Shown in pieces: positions 36,836 through 46,483 of a stretch of 64,000 nt of DNA. Numbering within the stretch: the first letter of the stretch is position 1; every line of letters begins with the position of its first letter. The position numbers and the translations under genes are program-made. The notes under the pieces are model-generated. The model ran no database searches and was not told the origin of the DNA. It saw only the letters and a program-made list of their open reading frames with translations. The stretch is from a bacterium. GTDB taxonomy: Bacteria > Patescibacteriota > Minisyncoccia > Moranbacterales > GWC2-37-73. Where the stretch lies: positions 15,268 to 79,267 of the forward strand of contig JBAXDL010000004.1 of the NCBI GenBank assembly GCA_037140955.1. The letters are read 5' to 3'.

Positions 36836-37774
36836 ATGGAAAACGTTATCGGCAGAAGGGATTTTTTGAAATTTGGAACAGCGATGGCAGCAGGACTTTC
36901 AATGGGAATGATTCCAGCGGGTTGCGCTGAAAATGCAAGATCAGATGATGCGGAAAGTTTTTCTCCAATCAAATATTCTTTCTTGATTGATGAAAACAAT
37001 TTTTCAAAAATAAATTCAGAAACTCAAATTGTTGAAAGCCTCACGCCTATCGCTGCTTATGGTTTAGATATAAAAGAACTCCATAGGCCAATAATGTTTG
37101 ATTCGTCTCTTATTGAAAAAGCCTCACAAGAAAAAGAGGCTTTGCTGTGCACTGACTCAGAAAAAACACTCGCATCAATTGTTCCTGTGGATTCGACTTT
37201 GTCTTTGGCTTTGGGTGTACAGGCAAATGGATTTTCCGAAATGATTGATGTGGCTGCTGATTCAATTTCTTCCATCTTGCAATATGGAAAACTTGATCTT
37301 GGTATGGATTTTTTTCATCAAGATTTGTTTTTGGGAAAAGCACTTGCTAAGCAGGGATTCAATACATTGGAAAAAGTTGAATATCATACAGATCTTTTTG
37401 GTTGGTTTTTTCAGGTTAGAGGTCCAGATTTTGATCCACTTGGATCCTGTGATCGCAGAAAGATTTCACATGTGCATCTTGAAATTGGTAAGAAGGATTA
37501 CAGGGGAAAGGTTAATAAAATAGCCAATTTTCATCTCGGAGCATATAAGGATGGAAAAAAGCGTTGTTTTGTGCTTTGGAATAATATTAGGCCACATAAC
37601 ATTTGCTGGAAATCATGCAATGCAAACAAAAAAACACTAACTGAGATGATGAAGTGGGTTATTATTTCAGTTGCTGCTGCACTTGGTATCTATCTCTCTG
37701 CTTTTATTATTGCAGCAATAGCAGAAGCTTTGGGTGTTGCATTGATTCCTGTTTTGGCTGCTTTGGCAATTTGA
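36836..37774 (+). CDS. Tat-signal secreted protein with C-terminal hydrophobic anchor
   Basis: Twin-arginine motif RRDFLKFG followed by AGC; C-terminal 45-aa hydrophobic stretch; Cys-rich region before the anchor. Confidence 0.5.
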   Translation: MENVIGRRDFLKFGTAMAAGLSMGMIPAGCAENARSDDAESFSPIKYSFLIDENNFSKINSETQIVESLTPIAAYGLDIKELHRPIMFDSSLIEKASQEKEALLCTDSEKTLASIVPVDSTLSLALGVQANGFSEMIDVAADSISSILQYGKLDLGMDFFHQDLFLGKALAKQGFNTLEKVEYHTDLFGWFFQVRGPDFDPLGSCDRRKISHVHLEIGKKDYRGKVNKIANFHLGAYKDGKKRCFVLWNNIRPHNICWKSCNANKKTLTEMMKWVIISVAAALGIYLSAFIIAAIAEALGVALIPVLAALAI

Positions 37775-37794
37775 AAAACCTTTTAACCTAATAA

Positions 37795-37832
37795 ACCGAT
37801 CTTGATAAATAATCAAGGTCGGTTTTTTCTTT
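37795..37832 (+). terminator. Intrinsic terminator
   Basis: ccgatcttga-taaataa-tcaaggtcgg hairpin (one G-U pair) followed by ttttttc. Confidence 0.5.
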
Positions 37833-37919
37833 TTAATATTTTTTTATTTGATTCTGTTTAGCAGTAATTGATTGTTTAAAATGCTTGCCTTTATATGCAT
37901 TTTATGTTAAAAATAAAGC

Positions 37920-38312
37920 ATGGATAATGATATTTTGGAGAAAATCAAGAATGTTTTTGAAAGAAGACAAGAAATAAAATTGGCTTATTTTTTTGGTTCT
38001 CAGGTGACTGGAAATGCTGGCCCTCTTAGTGACTTTGATTTTGCTTTTTATGTTGATGGGGTGGATAAAAAAGAGGCATTTGAAATCAAACTTTTTTTGG
38101 CTAACGAGATAGGAAAAATTCTCAAAACTGACAAGATTGATGTTGTTTGTTTGAATTCAGTTGATAACTTGGAATTAAAGTATGCCATCATTAGAGATGG
38201 GAAACTCTTGGTTGAGCAACAACCATACAAGTTGATTGTTGAGCCCAGGATCTTGAATGAATATTTCGATTTTCATAGCATGCTTGAGAGATATAATTTG
38301 ACTAACGGTTGA
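37920..38312 (+). CDS. mntA: MntA-type nucleotidyltransferase antitoxin
   Basis: GSxxxG-x-n-DFDFAF minimal NTase motif; forms a pair with the downstream HEPN gene. Confidence 0.75.
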   Translation: MDNDILEKIKNVFERRQEIKLAYFFGSQVTGNAGPLSDFDFAFYVDGVDKKEAFEIKLFLANEIGKILKTDKIDVVCLNSVDNLELKYAIIRDGKLLVEQQPYKLIVEPRILNEYFDFHSMLERYNLTNG

Positions 38313-38316
38313 ACAT

Positions 38317-38730
38317 ATGACAAATATTACAATAATAGAGAATAAAATTAGTTCCATTGAAAAGTATCTCAAAATTCTTGGTGGATATAAAAAATATTCT
38401 AAAAAAGAAATAGAGGAAAGTATTGATTTGAAGGGTGCTGTTGAGAGATATTTGTATTTGGTTATTCAATCAACGATTGAACTTTCTGAATCAGTGATTG
38501 CTTTTAATGGTTTTCGTAAGCCATCAACAATGTCTGAATCTTTTTATATCTTGCAGGAAAATAATATTATTTCCAATGAACTTTGTGAAAAAATGGTGCG
38601 CATGACGGGCTTTCGCAATATTGTGTCGCATGATTATGAAAAACTGGACTATGAAATTGTCTATGATGTTTTGCAAAGCAGATTGGTTGATATAGAAGAA
38701 TTTGTTAAGATTGTTTTTGTGGGTAAATAG
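38317..38730 (+). CDS. hepT: HepT-type HEPN (DUF86) toxin
   Basis: R-x4-HDY HEPN motif (FRNIVSHDY); about 137 aa; 4 nt after mntA. Confidence 0.75.
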   Translation: MTNITIIENKISSIEKYLKILGGYKKYSKKEIEESIDLKGAVERYLYLVIQSTIELSESVIAFNGFRKPSTMSESFYILQENNIISNELCEKMVRMTGFRNIVSHDYEKLDYEIVYDVLQSRLVDIEEFVKIVFVGK

Positions 38731-38775
38731 TTTTTCGAAAGACTTTTGTGATAATTAGCAAATAGTATTAAAAAT

Positions 38776-39984
38776 ATGAAAACAAGGGAACAATTGGTGG
38801 ATGAGATTATCAACAGGGGTGTGATTGTGGAATTTTTGCCAGAAAAAGAAAAGTTCAGACAGCGTTTGCTCAGTAATGATCCAATGAAAATATATATCGG
38901 AGCTGATCCAACTTCAACCTCACTTCATTTGAGTCATGCAAAGAACTATATGTTGCTTGAAGACATTCGCAAGCTTGGTCATGAGGTGTATGTTTTGTTT
39001 GGCAGCTTCACTGCACAAATTGGCGACCCGACTGACAAGTCAGTTGCCAGAAAGCAGTTGACTCAAACTGATGTGATGGAAAATGTGCAAGGATGGGTGC
39101 AGCAAATCAAACCATTGATGGATTTTGATGCCAAAGAAAACCCGCCAAAAATTGTGTACAATCATGAATGGCTTTCAAAAATGACCATGGAAGATGTGGT
39201 CAATTTGGCTTCCAATTTCACTGTGCAACAAATGTTGGAGCGGGACATGTTTGAAAAGCGTATGCAAGAAGAAAAACCAATTTATTTGCATGAATTTTTG
39301 TATCCTCTGATGCAAGGCTATGACAGTGTTGCCTTGAATGTGGAGGCTGAGCTTTGCGGAACTGACCAGATTTTCAATGCCTTGGTTGGCAGGACATTGC
39401 AAGGCAGACTCAACAATGTTGAAAAATTTGTGGTCGCGGTCAACTTGATGGAAAATCCAAACACAGGAGAATTGATGTCAAAAAGTCGTGGAACTGGAAT
39501 ATTTTTGAATTTTAGTGCTCAGGATATGTTTGGTGCAATCATGTCTCAACCTGATGAGATGATAAAGATTTTCTTGGTCAACAACACGAGAATATCCTTG
39601 GATGAAATTGATGAAATTTTGAAAAATGAAAACCCAAGAGATGCAAAAATCAAAACAGCTGTTGAAATTGTGAGCATTTTTCATGGAAAAGAAAAGGCCA
39701 ATGAGGCCAAGGAATATTTCATCAAAACCATTTCCAACAAGGAAATTCCTGATCAAGTTGAAGAATTTGAAGTTTCCGAAAAAGAAATCAAGCTCTTGGA
39801 GCTGTTGGTTGGATCAAAAAATGCTACCAGCATGAGCGATGCTCGTCGCAAGGTTGAGCAGGGAGGTGTGAGTGTTGATGGCGAGAAAATATCCGAAGTT
39901 GCCATGATTGTTGATCAATCTTTCGATGGCAAAGTTTTTAAGATTGGAAAGCTTGGATTTGTTAGGGTGAAATTTGCAAAATAA
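38776..39984 (+). CDS. tyrS: Tyrosine--tRNA ligase
   Basis: HIGH-like SLHLSH, KMSKS (LMSKSRG), C-terminal S4-like domain. Confidence 0.9.
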   Translation: MKTREQLVDEIINRGVIVEFLPEKEKFRQRLLSNDPMKIYIGADPTSTSLHLSHAKNYMLLEDIRKLGHEVYVLFGSFTAQIGDPTDKSVARKQLTQTDVMENVQGWVQQIKPLMDFDAKENPPKIVYNHEWLSKMTMEDVVNLASNFTVQQMLERDMFEKRMQEEKPIYLHEFLYPLMQGYDSVALNVEAELCGTDQIFNALVGRTLQGRLNNVEKFVVAVNLMENPNTGELMSKSRGTGIFLNFSAQDMFGAIMSQPDEMIKIFLVNNTRISLDEIDEILKNENPRDAKIKTAVEIVSIFHGKEKANEAKEYFIKTISNKEIPDQVEEFEVSEKEIKLLELLVGSKNATSMSDARRKVEQGGVSVDGEKISEVAMIVDQSFDGKVFKIGKLGFVRVKFAK

Positions 39985-40011
39985 TTTTTTGAGTGTGTGA
40001 AACTTTTTTAA

Positions 40012-40506
40012 ATGAGTCTAGGACTGCATTTGACAATACATTTTCTGTTTGCTCTTTTGGCTGGATTTGTTGTTTGGAAAAAATGGCGCCAACCGCTTGT
40101 TGCTTTTTCGGCTGCAATTGCTGGTGGATTTTTGATTGACCTGGATCATTTTTTTGATTATGTCGTGGCCTTTGCCTTTGATTTCAACTTGGAATATTTT
40201 TCCAATGGATATTATAATTTGCGAAATGGCAAAATTTTTTATCTTCTGCATGGTTGGGAATATGTGGCAATTTTTGTCATAATTGGTTTTTTGATCAAAA
40301 AGAGCATGCGCTGGAAATCTTTTTTCTTGGCACTGGCTTTGGGGATGTTTTTTCACTTGAGTGTGGATGTTTTGATCAATGAGGGGATGCGCAAAGAGGG
40401 ATATTTTCTCACTTATCGGGCTTATAACAAGTTTAATATTGAAAAAATAGTGAGCGAGAGTGGCTATCAAAAATATTTGTTCAAAAAGCAGGAGTTGGGT
40501 TTTTGA
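40012..40506 (+). CDS. Membrane protein, DUF457/YdjM-like metal-dependent hydrolase candidate
   Basis: Four or five TM segments with His/Asp residues (DLDHFFD, HLSVD); the antisense ORF 40018..40575 is judged spurious. Confidence 0.4.
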   Translation: MSLGLHLTIHFLFALLAGFVVWKKWRQPLVAFSAAIAGGFLIDLDHFFDYVVAFAFDFNLEYFSNGYYNLRNGKIFYLLHGWEYVAIFVIIGFLIKKSMRWKSFFLALALGMFFHLSVDVLINEGMRKEGYFLTYRAYNKFNIEKIVSESGYQKYLFKKQELGF

Positions 40507-40613
40507 GCAAATTTTCAAAACAGTCAACAAAAAAGGCTGTTTTTTGTTTGCAAAAAGGCAAAAATTTGCTATCATGGTCTTACTGGGCTTATAAAATTTA
40601 GTAACTATTACCT

Positions 40614-41855
40614 ATGAAACAATCACAACTTTTCACCAGAACAAAGAAAGAAGCACCATCAGATGAGGTTGCCAAAAATGCTCAACTTTTGATCAGGGCT
40701 GGCTTTATTCACAAGGAAATGGCTGGAGTATATGCATATATGCCACTTGGTTTGCGCGTGCTGGAAAACATCAAAAAAATTGTCAGAGAGGAAATGAATA
40801 CTGTTGGTGGTCAGGAGCTTATGATGACAACTTTGCAGCCAAAGGAGATCTGGGAGAAAACTGATCGTTGGGATGATGCCAAGGTGGACAATTGGTTCAA
40901 AACAAAATTGGCAAACGGCACGGAGCTTGGAGTTGGTCTTACGCATGAGGAACCAATTGTTGATGCTGTTGGAAATTATCTTAGCTCATACAAGGACATG
41001 CCTTTTGCGGTGTATCAAATTCAAAACAAATTTAGAAATGAAAAAAGAGCCAAAAGTGGGCTGTTGCGTGGTCGTGAATTTGTCATGAAAGACATGTACA
41101 CCTTTTCTCGCGATCAAGAGCAGCACAAGGCTGAATATGAAAAAATTGTAGCTGCATATTTTAGAGTGTATGAAAGACTTGGTTTGGGAGAGGTAACATT
41201 TCGCACCTATGCTGATGGTGGAATTTTCACTCCTCAGTTTAGTGATGAATTTCAAACTTTGACTGAGGTTGGCGAAGACACGATTTATGTTGACGAGAAA
41301 AAGAAAATTGCCATCAATGAAGAGATTTTCAATGATGAAAATCTTGCCAAGCTTGGATTGAAAAAAGAAGAATTGGTGCAGAAAAAAGGTGTTGAAGTTG
41401 GAAACACTTTTCATTTGGAATCAAAATATACTGATGCTTTGGACTTGTATTACAACGACGAAAAAGGTGAAAAACAATCAATCATCATGGGATGCTATGG
41501 TATTGGGGTTAGTCGCTTGATAGGCGTGATTGCTGAACTTTTTGCTGATGACAAAGGTTTGATCTGGCCAGAAAACATTGCGCCATTTTCCGCGCATCTT
41601 TTGAATCTTGGTCAGGACCAGGAGGCTGAAAAAATTTATACTGAGCTTTGTGCAAATGGAATTGAAGTTTTGTTTGATGATAGGGATTCGCAAGCTGGAG
41701 AAAAGTTTGCCGACTCTGACTTGATTGGAATTCCAACTCGTGTGGTGGTGAGCAAGAAATCTTTGGCAGCTGGCGGGATTGAAGTGAAAAAGAGAAATGA
41801 AAGTGAAAGCAAAATAATGACTGTCAACGAATTGTTGCAAATCTTGAAAAAATAA
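40614..41855 (+). CDS. proS: Proline--tRNA ligase (short form lacking the INS editing domain)
   Basis: N-terminus aligns to bacterial ProS (…LIRAGFIHK…GVYAYMPLG…); class II motifs; 413 aa. Confidence 0.85.
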   Translation: MKQSQLFTRTKKEAPSDEVAKNAQLLIRAGFIHKEMAGVYAYMPLGLRVLENIKKIVREEMNTVGGQELMMTTLQPKEIWEKTDRWDDAKVDNWFKTKLANGTELGVGLTHEEPIVDAVGNYLSSYKDMPFAVYQIQNKFRNEKRAKSGLLRGREFVMKDMYTFSRDQEQHKAEYEKIVAAYFRVYERLGLGEVTFRTYADGGIFTPQFSDEFQTLTEVGEDTIYVDEKKKIAINEEIFNDENLAKLGLKKEELVQKKGVEVGNTFHLESKYTDALDLYYNDEKGEKQSIIMGCYGIGVSRLIGVIAELFADDKGLIWPENIAPFSAHLLNLGQDQEAEKIYTELCANGIEVLFDDRDSQAGEKFADSDLIGIPTRVVVSKKSLAAGGIEVKKRNESESKIMTVNELLQILKK

Positions 41856-42008
41856 ATTATAAGCTTTCGAGTTGTTCCTTGCTCGACTATTTTCACTTTT
41901 GGCACGCTTTTGGAAAAATGCTCAATATCTAAAAGCTCAAGAGTTGCTTTCGCCGACTGTTAGTCAAAAGTAAAAATAGTCTCACGGTTAGTTTTGTTGG
42001 AAAATTTT

Positions 42009-42992
42009 ATGAAAAAGAAAATAATTGTTGAGGTGAAAAATTTGTGCAAGACATATGAATATGTCGAAAAAAAGCCAGGGATGAAATATTCTTTGAAGAA
42101 TCTTTTTGCGAGCGAAAAAAAACAAAAAGAGGCCGTGAAAAACATTAGTTTGAAAATTGAGGAGGGTGAGCTCATTGGTTTTCTTGGTCCAAATGGTGCA
42201 GGCAAAACAACAACATTGAAAATGCTTTCAGGAGTTCTTACTCCAACAAGTGGAACAGTGAAAGTTTTGGGATATGAGCCAATCAAAAGACAAAATGAAT
42301 ACAAGATGCAATTTGCTTTTGTTATGGGTCAAAAATCTCAGCTTTGGTGGGATTTGCCACCAATGGAAAGTTTCTTGCTCAACAAAAAAATATATGAAGT
42401 TAGCGATCAAGATTTCAAGAAAAACTTGGATGAGATGATTGAGGTTTTGGATGTTGGGGAAATTGTCAACAAACAAGTTCGCCAACTTTCCTTGGGTGAG
42501 CGCATGAAATGCGAGCTTATTGCTGCGCTTTTGCACAATCCAAAGGTTTTGTTTTTGGACGAACCAACCATTGGTTTGGACGTGGTGGCGCAGAAAAAAA
42601 TTCGTGATTTCATTAAGAAATATAATAAGGAAAGAAAAACGACGATCATTTTGACTTCGCATTACATGGAAGATATTTCGCAATTGTGTAAGCGCATTGT
42701 GATTATTGATCTTGGAAAAATTGTTTTTGATGGGCAACTTGAAGATTTGGTTTCAAAATATGCAACAAACAAAAAAGTTACCATCTTTTTTGATCAGAAA
42801 ATTACTCGTCAAGATGCTGAAAAGCTTGGCAAAATTTGCCAATTTGAGTCCAACAAAGTTTCTTTTGATGTTCCAAGGTTAAATGTGAAAGATGCAGTTG
42901 CTGAAATCCTTTCTTCTGATTTTTCAATTAGCGATATTGAGATTGATGAGGAGGATGTTGAAAGTATTATTCGTAATGTTTTTACGAAATAA
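42009..42992 (+). CDS. ABC transporter ATP-binding protein (ABC-2 type)
   Basis: Walker A GPNGAGKTTT, signature LSLGERMK, Walker B LFLDEPT. Confidence 0.85.
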   Translation: MKKKIIVEVKNLCKTYEYVEKKPGMKYSLKNLFASEKKQKEAVKNISLKIEEGELIGFLGPNGAGKTTTLKMLSGVLTPTSGTVKVLGYEPIKRQNEYKMQFAFVMGQKSQLWWDLPPMESFLLNKKIYEVSDQDFKKNLDEMIEVLDVGEIVNKQVRQLSLGERMKCELIAALLHNPKVLFLDEPTIGLDVVAQKKIRDFIKKYNKERKTTIILTSHYMEDISQLCKRIVIIDLGKIVFDGQLEDLVSKYATNKKVTIFFDQKITRQDAEKLGKICQFESNKVSFDVPRLNVKDAVAEILSSDFSISDIEIDEEDVESIIRNVFTK

Positions 42993-43004
42993 AAAAGCAA
43001 TAAT

Positions 43005-43796
43005 ATGAGTAAATATTTGGCTGTTGTTTCAAATAGTGTCAAAAAAAGTCTTGTTTATAGGGCTAACACCTTCATCATGGTTGTTTCAACCTTCTTTTCT
43101 TTTGTGGTTCTTTTTTATTTCTGGAGTTCGATCTATGGACAGGGAAACAAAATCGGCACATACACCTTGGCTGAAATTATTTCATATTATATTTTCCTGA
43201 CAATTTTTGAGTTGCTTGTGATGGGTGATGGCACAGCCTGGAGCATTGGCGATGAGATAAAGAGTGGTCAAATCACCAGCAGTATTTTGCGACCAATAAA
43301 ATATTTGGAATATAAGTTTTCGCAATCAATTGGCAGTTTGCTTTTTCGCTTGATGATTTTTTCTCTTCCAATTATTGGCGCTTTGTTATTGCTCAGGGAT
43401 TATTTGGTTGCGCCAGGCAGTTTGATGGTGTATGCCTTTTTTGCGCTCGGAGCAATCATGAGCTATGCGCTATATTTCTTGGTGTTTTATATTGTTGGTT
43501 TGATTTCTTTTTGGACCGGAGATTCATATGGATTTTTCTTTGCAGCCTTTGTGGTGATCAATTTCATGCAGGGTGGGTTGTTTCCATTGGATCTTTTGCC
43601 AAAATGGTTTTTGATGGTTGGGAATTTTTTGCCGTTTAAGTATCTGTTTTTTGTGCCGGTGGGCATTGTGACTGGACGATTGGTTTTTGATTATACCTTT
43701 GTTTTAATTCCGGTTTTATGGTGTGTGGCACTGTATTTTATTGCAAACTTGTTGTATAAAAAAGGTCTAAAGAAATATGAAGGATATGGTATATAA
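43005..43796 (+). CDS. ABC-2 family transporter permease
   Basis: Six TM segments; follows the ATPase gene. Confidence 0.6.
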   Translation: MSKYLAVVSNSVKKSLVYRANTFIMVVSTFFSFVVLFYFWSSIYGQGNKIGTYTLAEIISYYIFLTIFELLVMGDGTAWSIGDEIKSGQITSSILRPIKYLEYKFSQSIGSLLFRLMIFSLPIIGALLLLRDYLVAPGSLMVYAFFALGAIMSYALYFLVFYIVGLISFWTGDSYGFFFAAFVVINFMQGGLFPLDLLPKWFLMVGNFLPFKYLFFVPVGIVTGRLVFDYTFVLIPVLWCVALYFIANLLYKKGLKKYEGYGI

Positions 43797-44586
43797 ATTT
43801 AAAAAATATTTGGCAATTTTTTTGCAGTTGCAAAAAATAAACGTCATGCGAAGGACTGCATATCCCGTGGCTTTTTTGGTTGGCTTTGGAACTGTTTTTT
43901 TGACCATGTTTTTGAACATCTTATTTATTAAAGTGAACTTTAGTTATATCACTTCGGTGGCTGGCTGGAGTTTTTATCAAGTCTTGGCTGTGCTTGGGTC
44001 GTATATGATTGTAGAGGGTTTGATGTGGATATTTTTTAGTCAGCTCAATCCAATCAATAGGCATATTATTGAGGGGACGCTTGATGGAATTTTGCTTAAA
44101 CCCGTGGACAATCAATTTTTGGTTTCATTTTGGCGCGGTGACTATGAAGATTTTGCACGCATCATCACTGGCGGGGCGTTGTTGTTGACTGCAATGAAAA
44201 ACACAATTGGTTTTGATTTGCTGCATTTTTGTTTGTTTTTACTTCTTCTTTTCTTTGGAGTTTTGATTTTTTATAGCTTCAATTTGGCGATAAGGTCAAT
44301 AAGTTTTTGGATCACAGAGGGAAGCGGGTTGTGGATTTTTATGGAGCGAGTAGTGAACAGTTCACAGTTTCCTGTTGATATTTATTATAGTAAAATTGTG
44401 CGTGGAATTTTCACTTTTGTTGTTCCGTTGGCTTTCGTGGCGACTGTGCCTGCAAAAATTTTGACGAACATTGCCATTGATTGGAAATTTGCAGTGTTGT
44501 CATTTGCAATGACCTTGTTTTTCTTTTTTGGTTCGCGTTGGTTTTGGAAATTTTCTCTGGGACATTATTCCAGCGCTAGCAGCTAA
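43777..44586 (+). CDS. ABC-2 family transporter permease (second subunit)
   Basis: Six TM segments; overlaps the previous permease by 20 nt. Confidence 0.6.
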   Translation: MKDMVYKFKKYLAIFLQLQKINVMRRTAYPVAFLVGFGTVFLTMFLNILFIKVNFSYITSVAGWSFYQVLAVLGSYMIVEGLMWIFFSQLNPINRHIIEGTLDGILLKPVDNQFLVSFWRGDYEDFARIITGGALLLTAMKNTIGFDLLHFCLFLLLLFFGVLIFYSFNLAIRSISFWITEGSGLWIFMERVVNSSQFPVDIYYSKIVRGIFTFVVPLAFVATVPAKILTNIAIDWKFAVLSFAMTLFFFFGSRWFWKFSLGHYSSASS

Positions 44587-44677
44587 AAATTGATTGCATC
44601 TTCTTATTTTGCTAGCTATAATAAAACGACATCGTATTTTTTTGTATATTGGTAATTTATTTGTAATTTGTAGAATA

Positions 44678-45550
44678 ATGGAAATAACATTAAGTGTATA
44701 TGCCGGGTTTTGTGAAGGAGTGCAAAGAGCGTATGATATTGTTGAAAAAATAACAAAAGACCCAAAAATTAAAAGGCCTATTTTTGTGCTTGGTTCCTTG
44801 GTGCACAATGATGATGTGGTGGAAAAAATTGAAAAAATGGGAGTGAAAAAGGTGCATGTTGATGGTCCACTGAAAGATTTTTTTGAAAAAATCAAAGACG
44901 AGGTTGGCACATTGGTGATCACTGCACATGGAATTGGGCCTCAGATTTATGACTTGGCCAGGGAATATAAGATTGATTTGGTGGACACGACTTGTCCGCG
45001 AGTAATCAAGGTTCAAAGATTGGCCAAAGCTTTCTTCGACAGAGACACGCAAATTGTCATTATTGGTGAGAAAAATCACAAAGAAGTGAAAGGGATTTAT
45101 GAATGGGCCAACAAAAAGGCCATTTTTATTGAAACTGATGAGGATCTGTGTGGTTTTGATGTGGATGCTAGCAAGAAAATAGCTATTATTTCACAAACAA
45201 CACAGGATCAAGAATTTGTGGACAGAGCGGCAATGGAAATTTCCAAAAAATATCCCCATGCTGAAGTGATTGATTCGATTTGCCTTACTACTCATCATCG
45301 GCAAACTGAAATAAAGGAATTAGCCAGTAAAAATGAGGTCGTTGTGGTGATTGGAAGTCAAGAAAGTGCCAATTCTAAGCGTCTTTGGGAGATTGCGCAA
45401 AGAGCAAATCCTTTGTCATATTTTGTTCAGCGCGCTGATGAACTTGAAAAAAGTTGGTTTTTGGGTTGCAAAAAAGTTGCAGTAACAGCCGGAGCCTCGA
45501 CCTCATCCTGGATAATTGAGGAAGTTTTGAACAGCATCAAGAGTTTTTAG
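44678..45550 (+). CDS. ispH: 4-hydroxy-3-methylbut-2-enyl diphosphate reductase IspH (LytB)
   Basis: N-terminus AGFCEGVQRA, Cys-ligand regions TAHG...TTCP and SQTTQ. Confidence 0.8.
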   Translation: MEITLSVYAGFCEGVQRAYDIVEKITKDPKIKRPIFVLGSLVHNDDVVEKIEKMGVKKVHVDGPLKDFFEKIKDEVGTLVITAHGIGPQIYDLAREYKIDLVDTTCPRVIKVQRLAKAFFDRDTQIVIIGEKNHKEVKGIYEWANKKAIFIETDEDLCGFDVDASKKIAIISQTTQDQEFVDRAAMEISKKYPHAEVIDSICLTTHHRQTEIKELASKNEVVVVIGSQESANSKRLWEIAQRANPLSYFVQRADELEKSWFLGCKKVAVTAGASTSSWIIEEVLNSIKSF

Positions 45551-45662
45551 TATTTGGATTTTAAATTTGACACAAACTCGTCTTTTGGCACCCGAGTGTT
45601 GCTTTTTTGGCGCATATTAGCTATACTTTAGATATTAAAAATGTATTAAAAATACTACTTAT

Positions 45663-46466
45663 ATGGCAAAAATAATGCTCGTGGAGGATGATCCAATGAT
45701 TGCAGAAATATATCAAAAAAAGTTTGAATCAATTGGATTTGAGGTTGTTAATGCTGTGACCGGAAAAGAGGTTTTGAAATATGCTTTGGAGCAAAAGTTT
45801 GATTTGATCTTGTTGGACATGGTTTTGCCTGAAATGAGTGGCATTGATGTGCTCAAAGAACTGCGCAGCAATCCTGCCTATGACAGTGACATGAAAATTA
45901 TCGTTCTTAGTAATCTCAACAAAACTGAATATGAAAAAGAAGCAAAGATAAATGGCGCCAATGGTTTTATTGGAAAAACACAATACAATCCAAGCGAGCT
46001 TGCTGCAGAGATCCAGAGAACACTGAATGAATATGGTGAACAAAAGAAAAACAAAAATCGCTTAAATGGTGAAGTTGCACCAGCACCACTCTCAGGAGCA
46101 GGCAAGAGAATTCTTTTCATTGAGGATGAGGAAATTTTTCTGGAAATGTTTGGCAAAAAATTAGAAGCGGAAGGGTATGCAGTGGAATATGCCAAAAATG
46201 GTGTTTGGGGCAGCAAATTGGCCACTGAAAATGAATATGATTTGATCATTACTGACATGGTGATGCCGGCCATGGGAGGAGAAGAAATTATTAGGCGCTT
46301 GAAACTTGACGACAAAACAAAAAATATTCCAATCATTGTTCTTTCTGCATCACTGATTGAGGAGGATATTCAGCCGGTGCGAGAATTGGGAATCACTGAT
46401 TTTTATGAGAAAACACGTTTGGTTCCTAGCGATCTTGCCCGGCGAGTTACTGAATTGTTGAATTAA
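45663..46466 (+). CDS. Response regulator with two tandem receiver domains and no output domain
   Basis: Two REC signatures (LILLDMVLPEMSG and LIITDMVMPAMGG). Confidence 0.75.
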   Translation: MAKIMLVEDDPMIAEIYQKKFESIGFEVVNAVTGKEVLKYALEQKFDLILLDMVLPEMSGIDVLKELRSNPAYDSDMKIIVLSNLNKTEYEKEAKINGANGFIGKTQYNPSELAAEIQRTLNEYGEQKKNKNRLNGEVAPAPLSGAGKRILFIEDEEIFLEMFGKKLEAEGYAVEYAKNGVWGSKLATENEYDLIITDMVMPAMGGEEIIRRLKLDDKTKNIPIIVLSASLIEEDIQPVRELGITDFYEKTRLVPSDLARRVTELLN

Positions 46467-46483
46467 CTTTAATTTTAAAATAT

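Noticed and set aside
40018-40575. 185-aa minus-strand ORF
   Set aside because: It is antisense to the 40012..40506 membrane-protein gene. The plus frame has coherent TM and His/Asp architecture and a preceding promoter, while the minus frame looks like random AT-rich translation.
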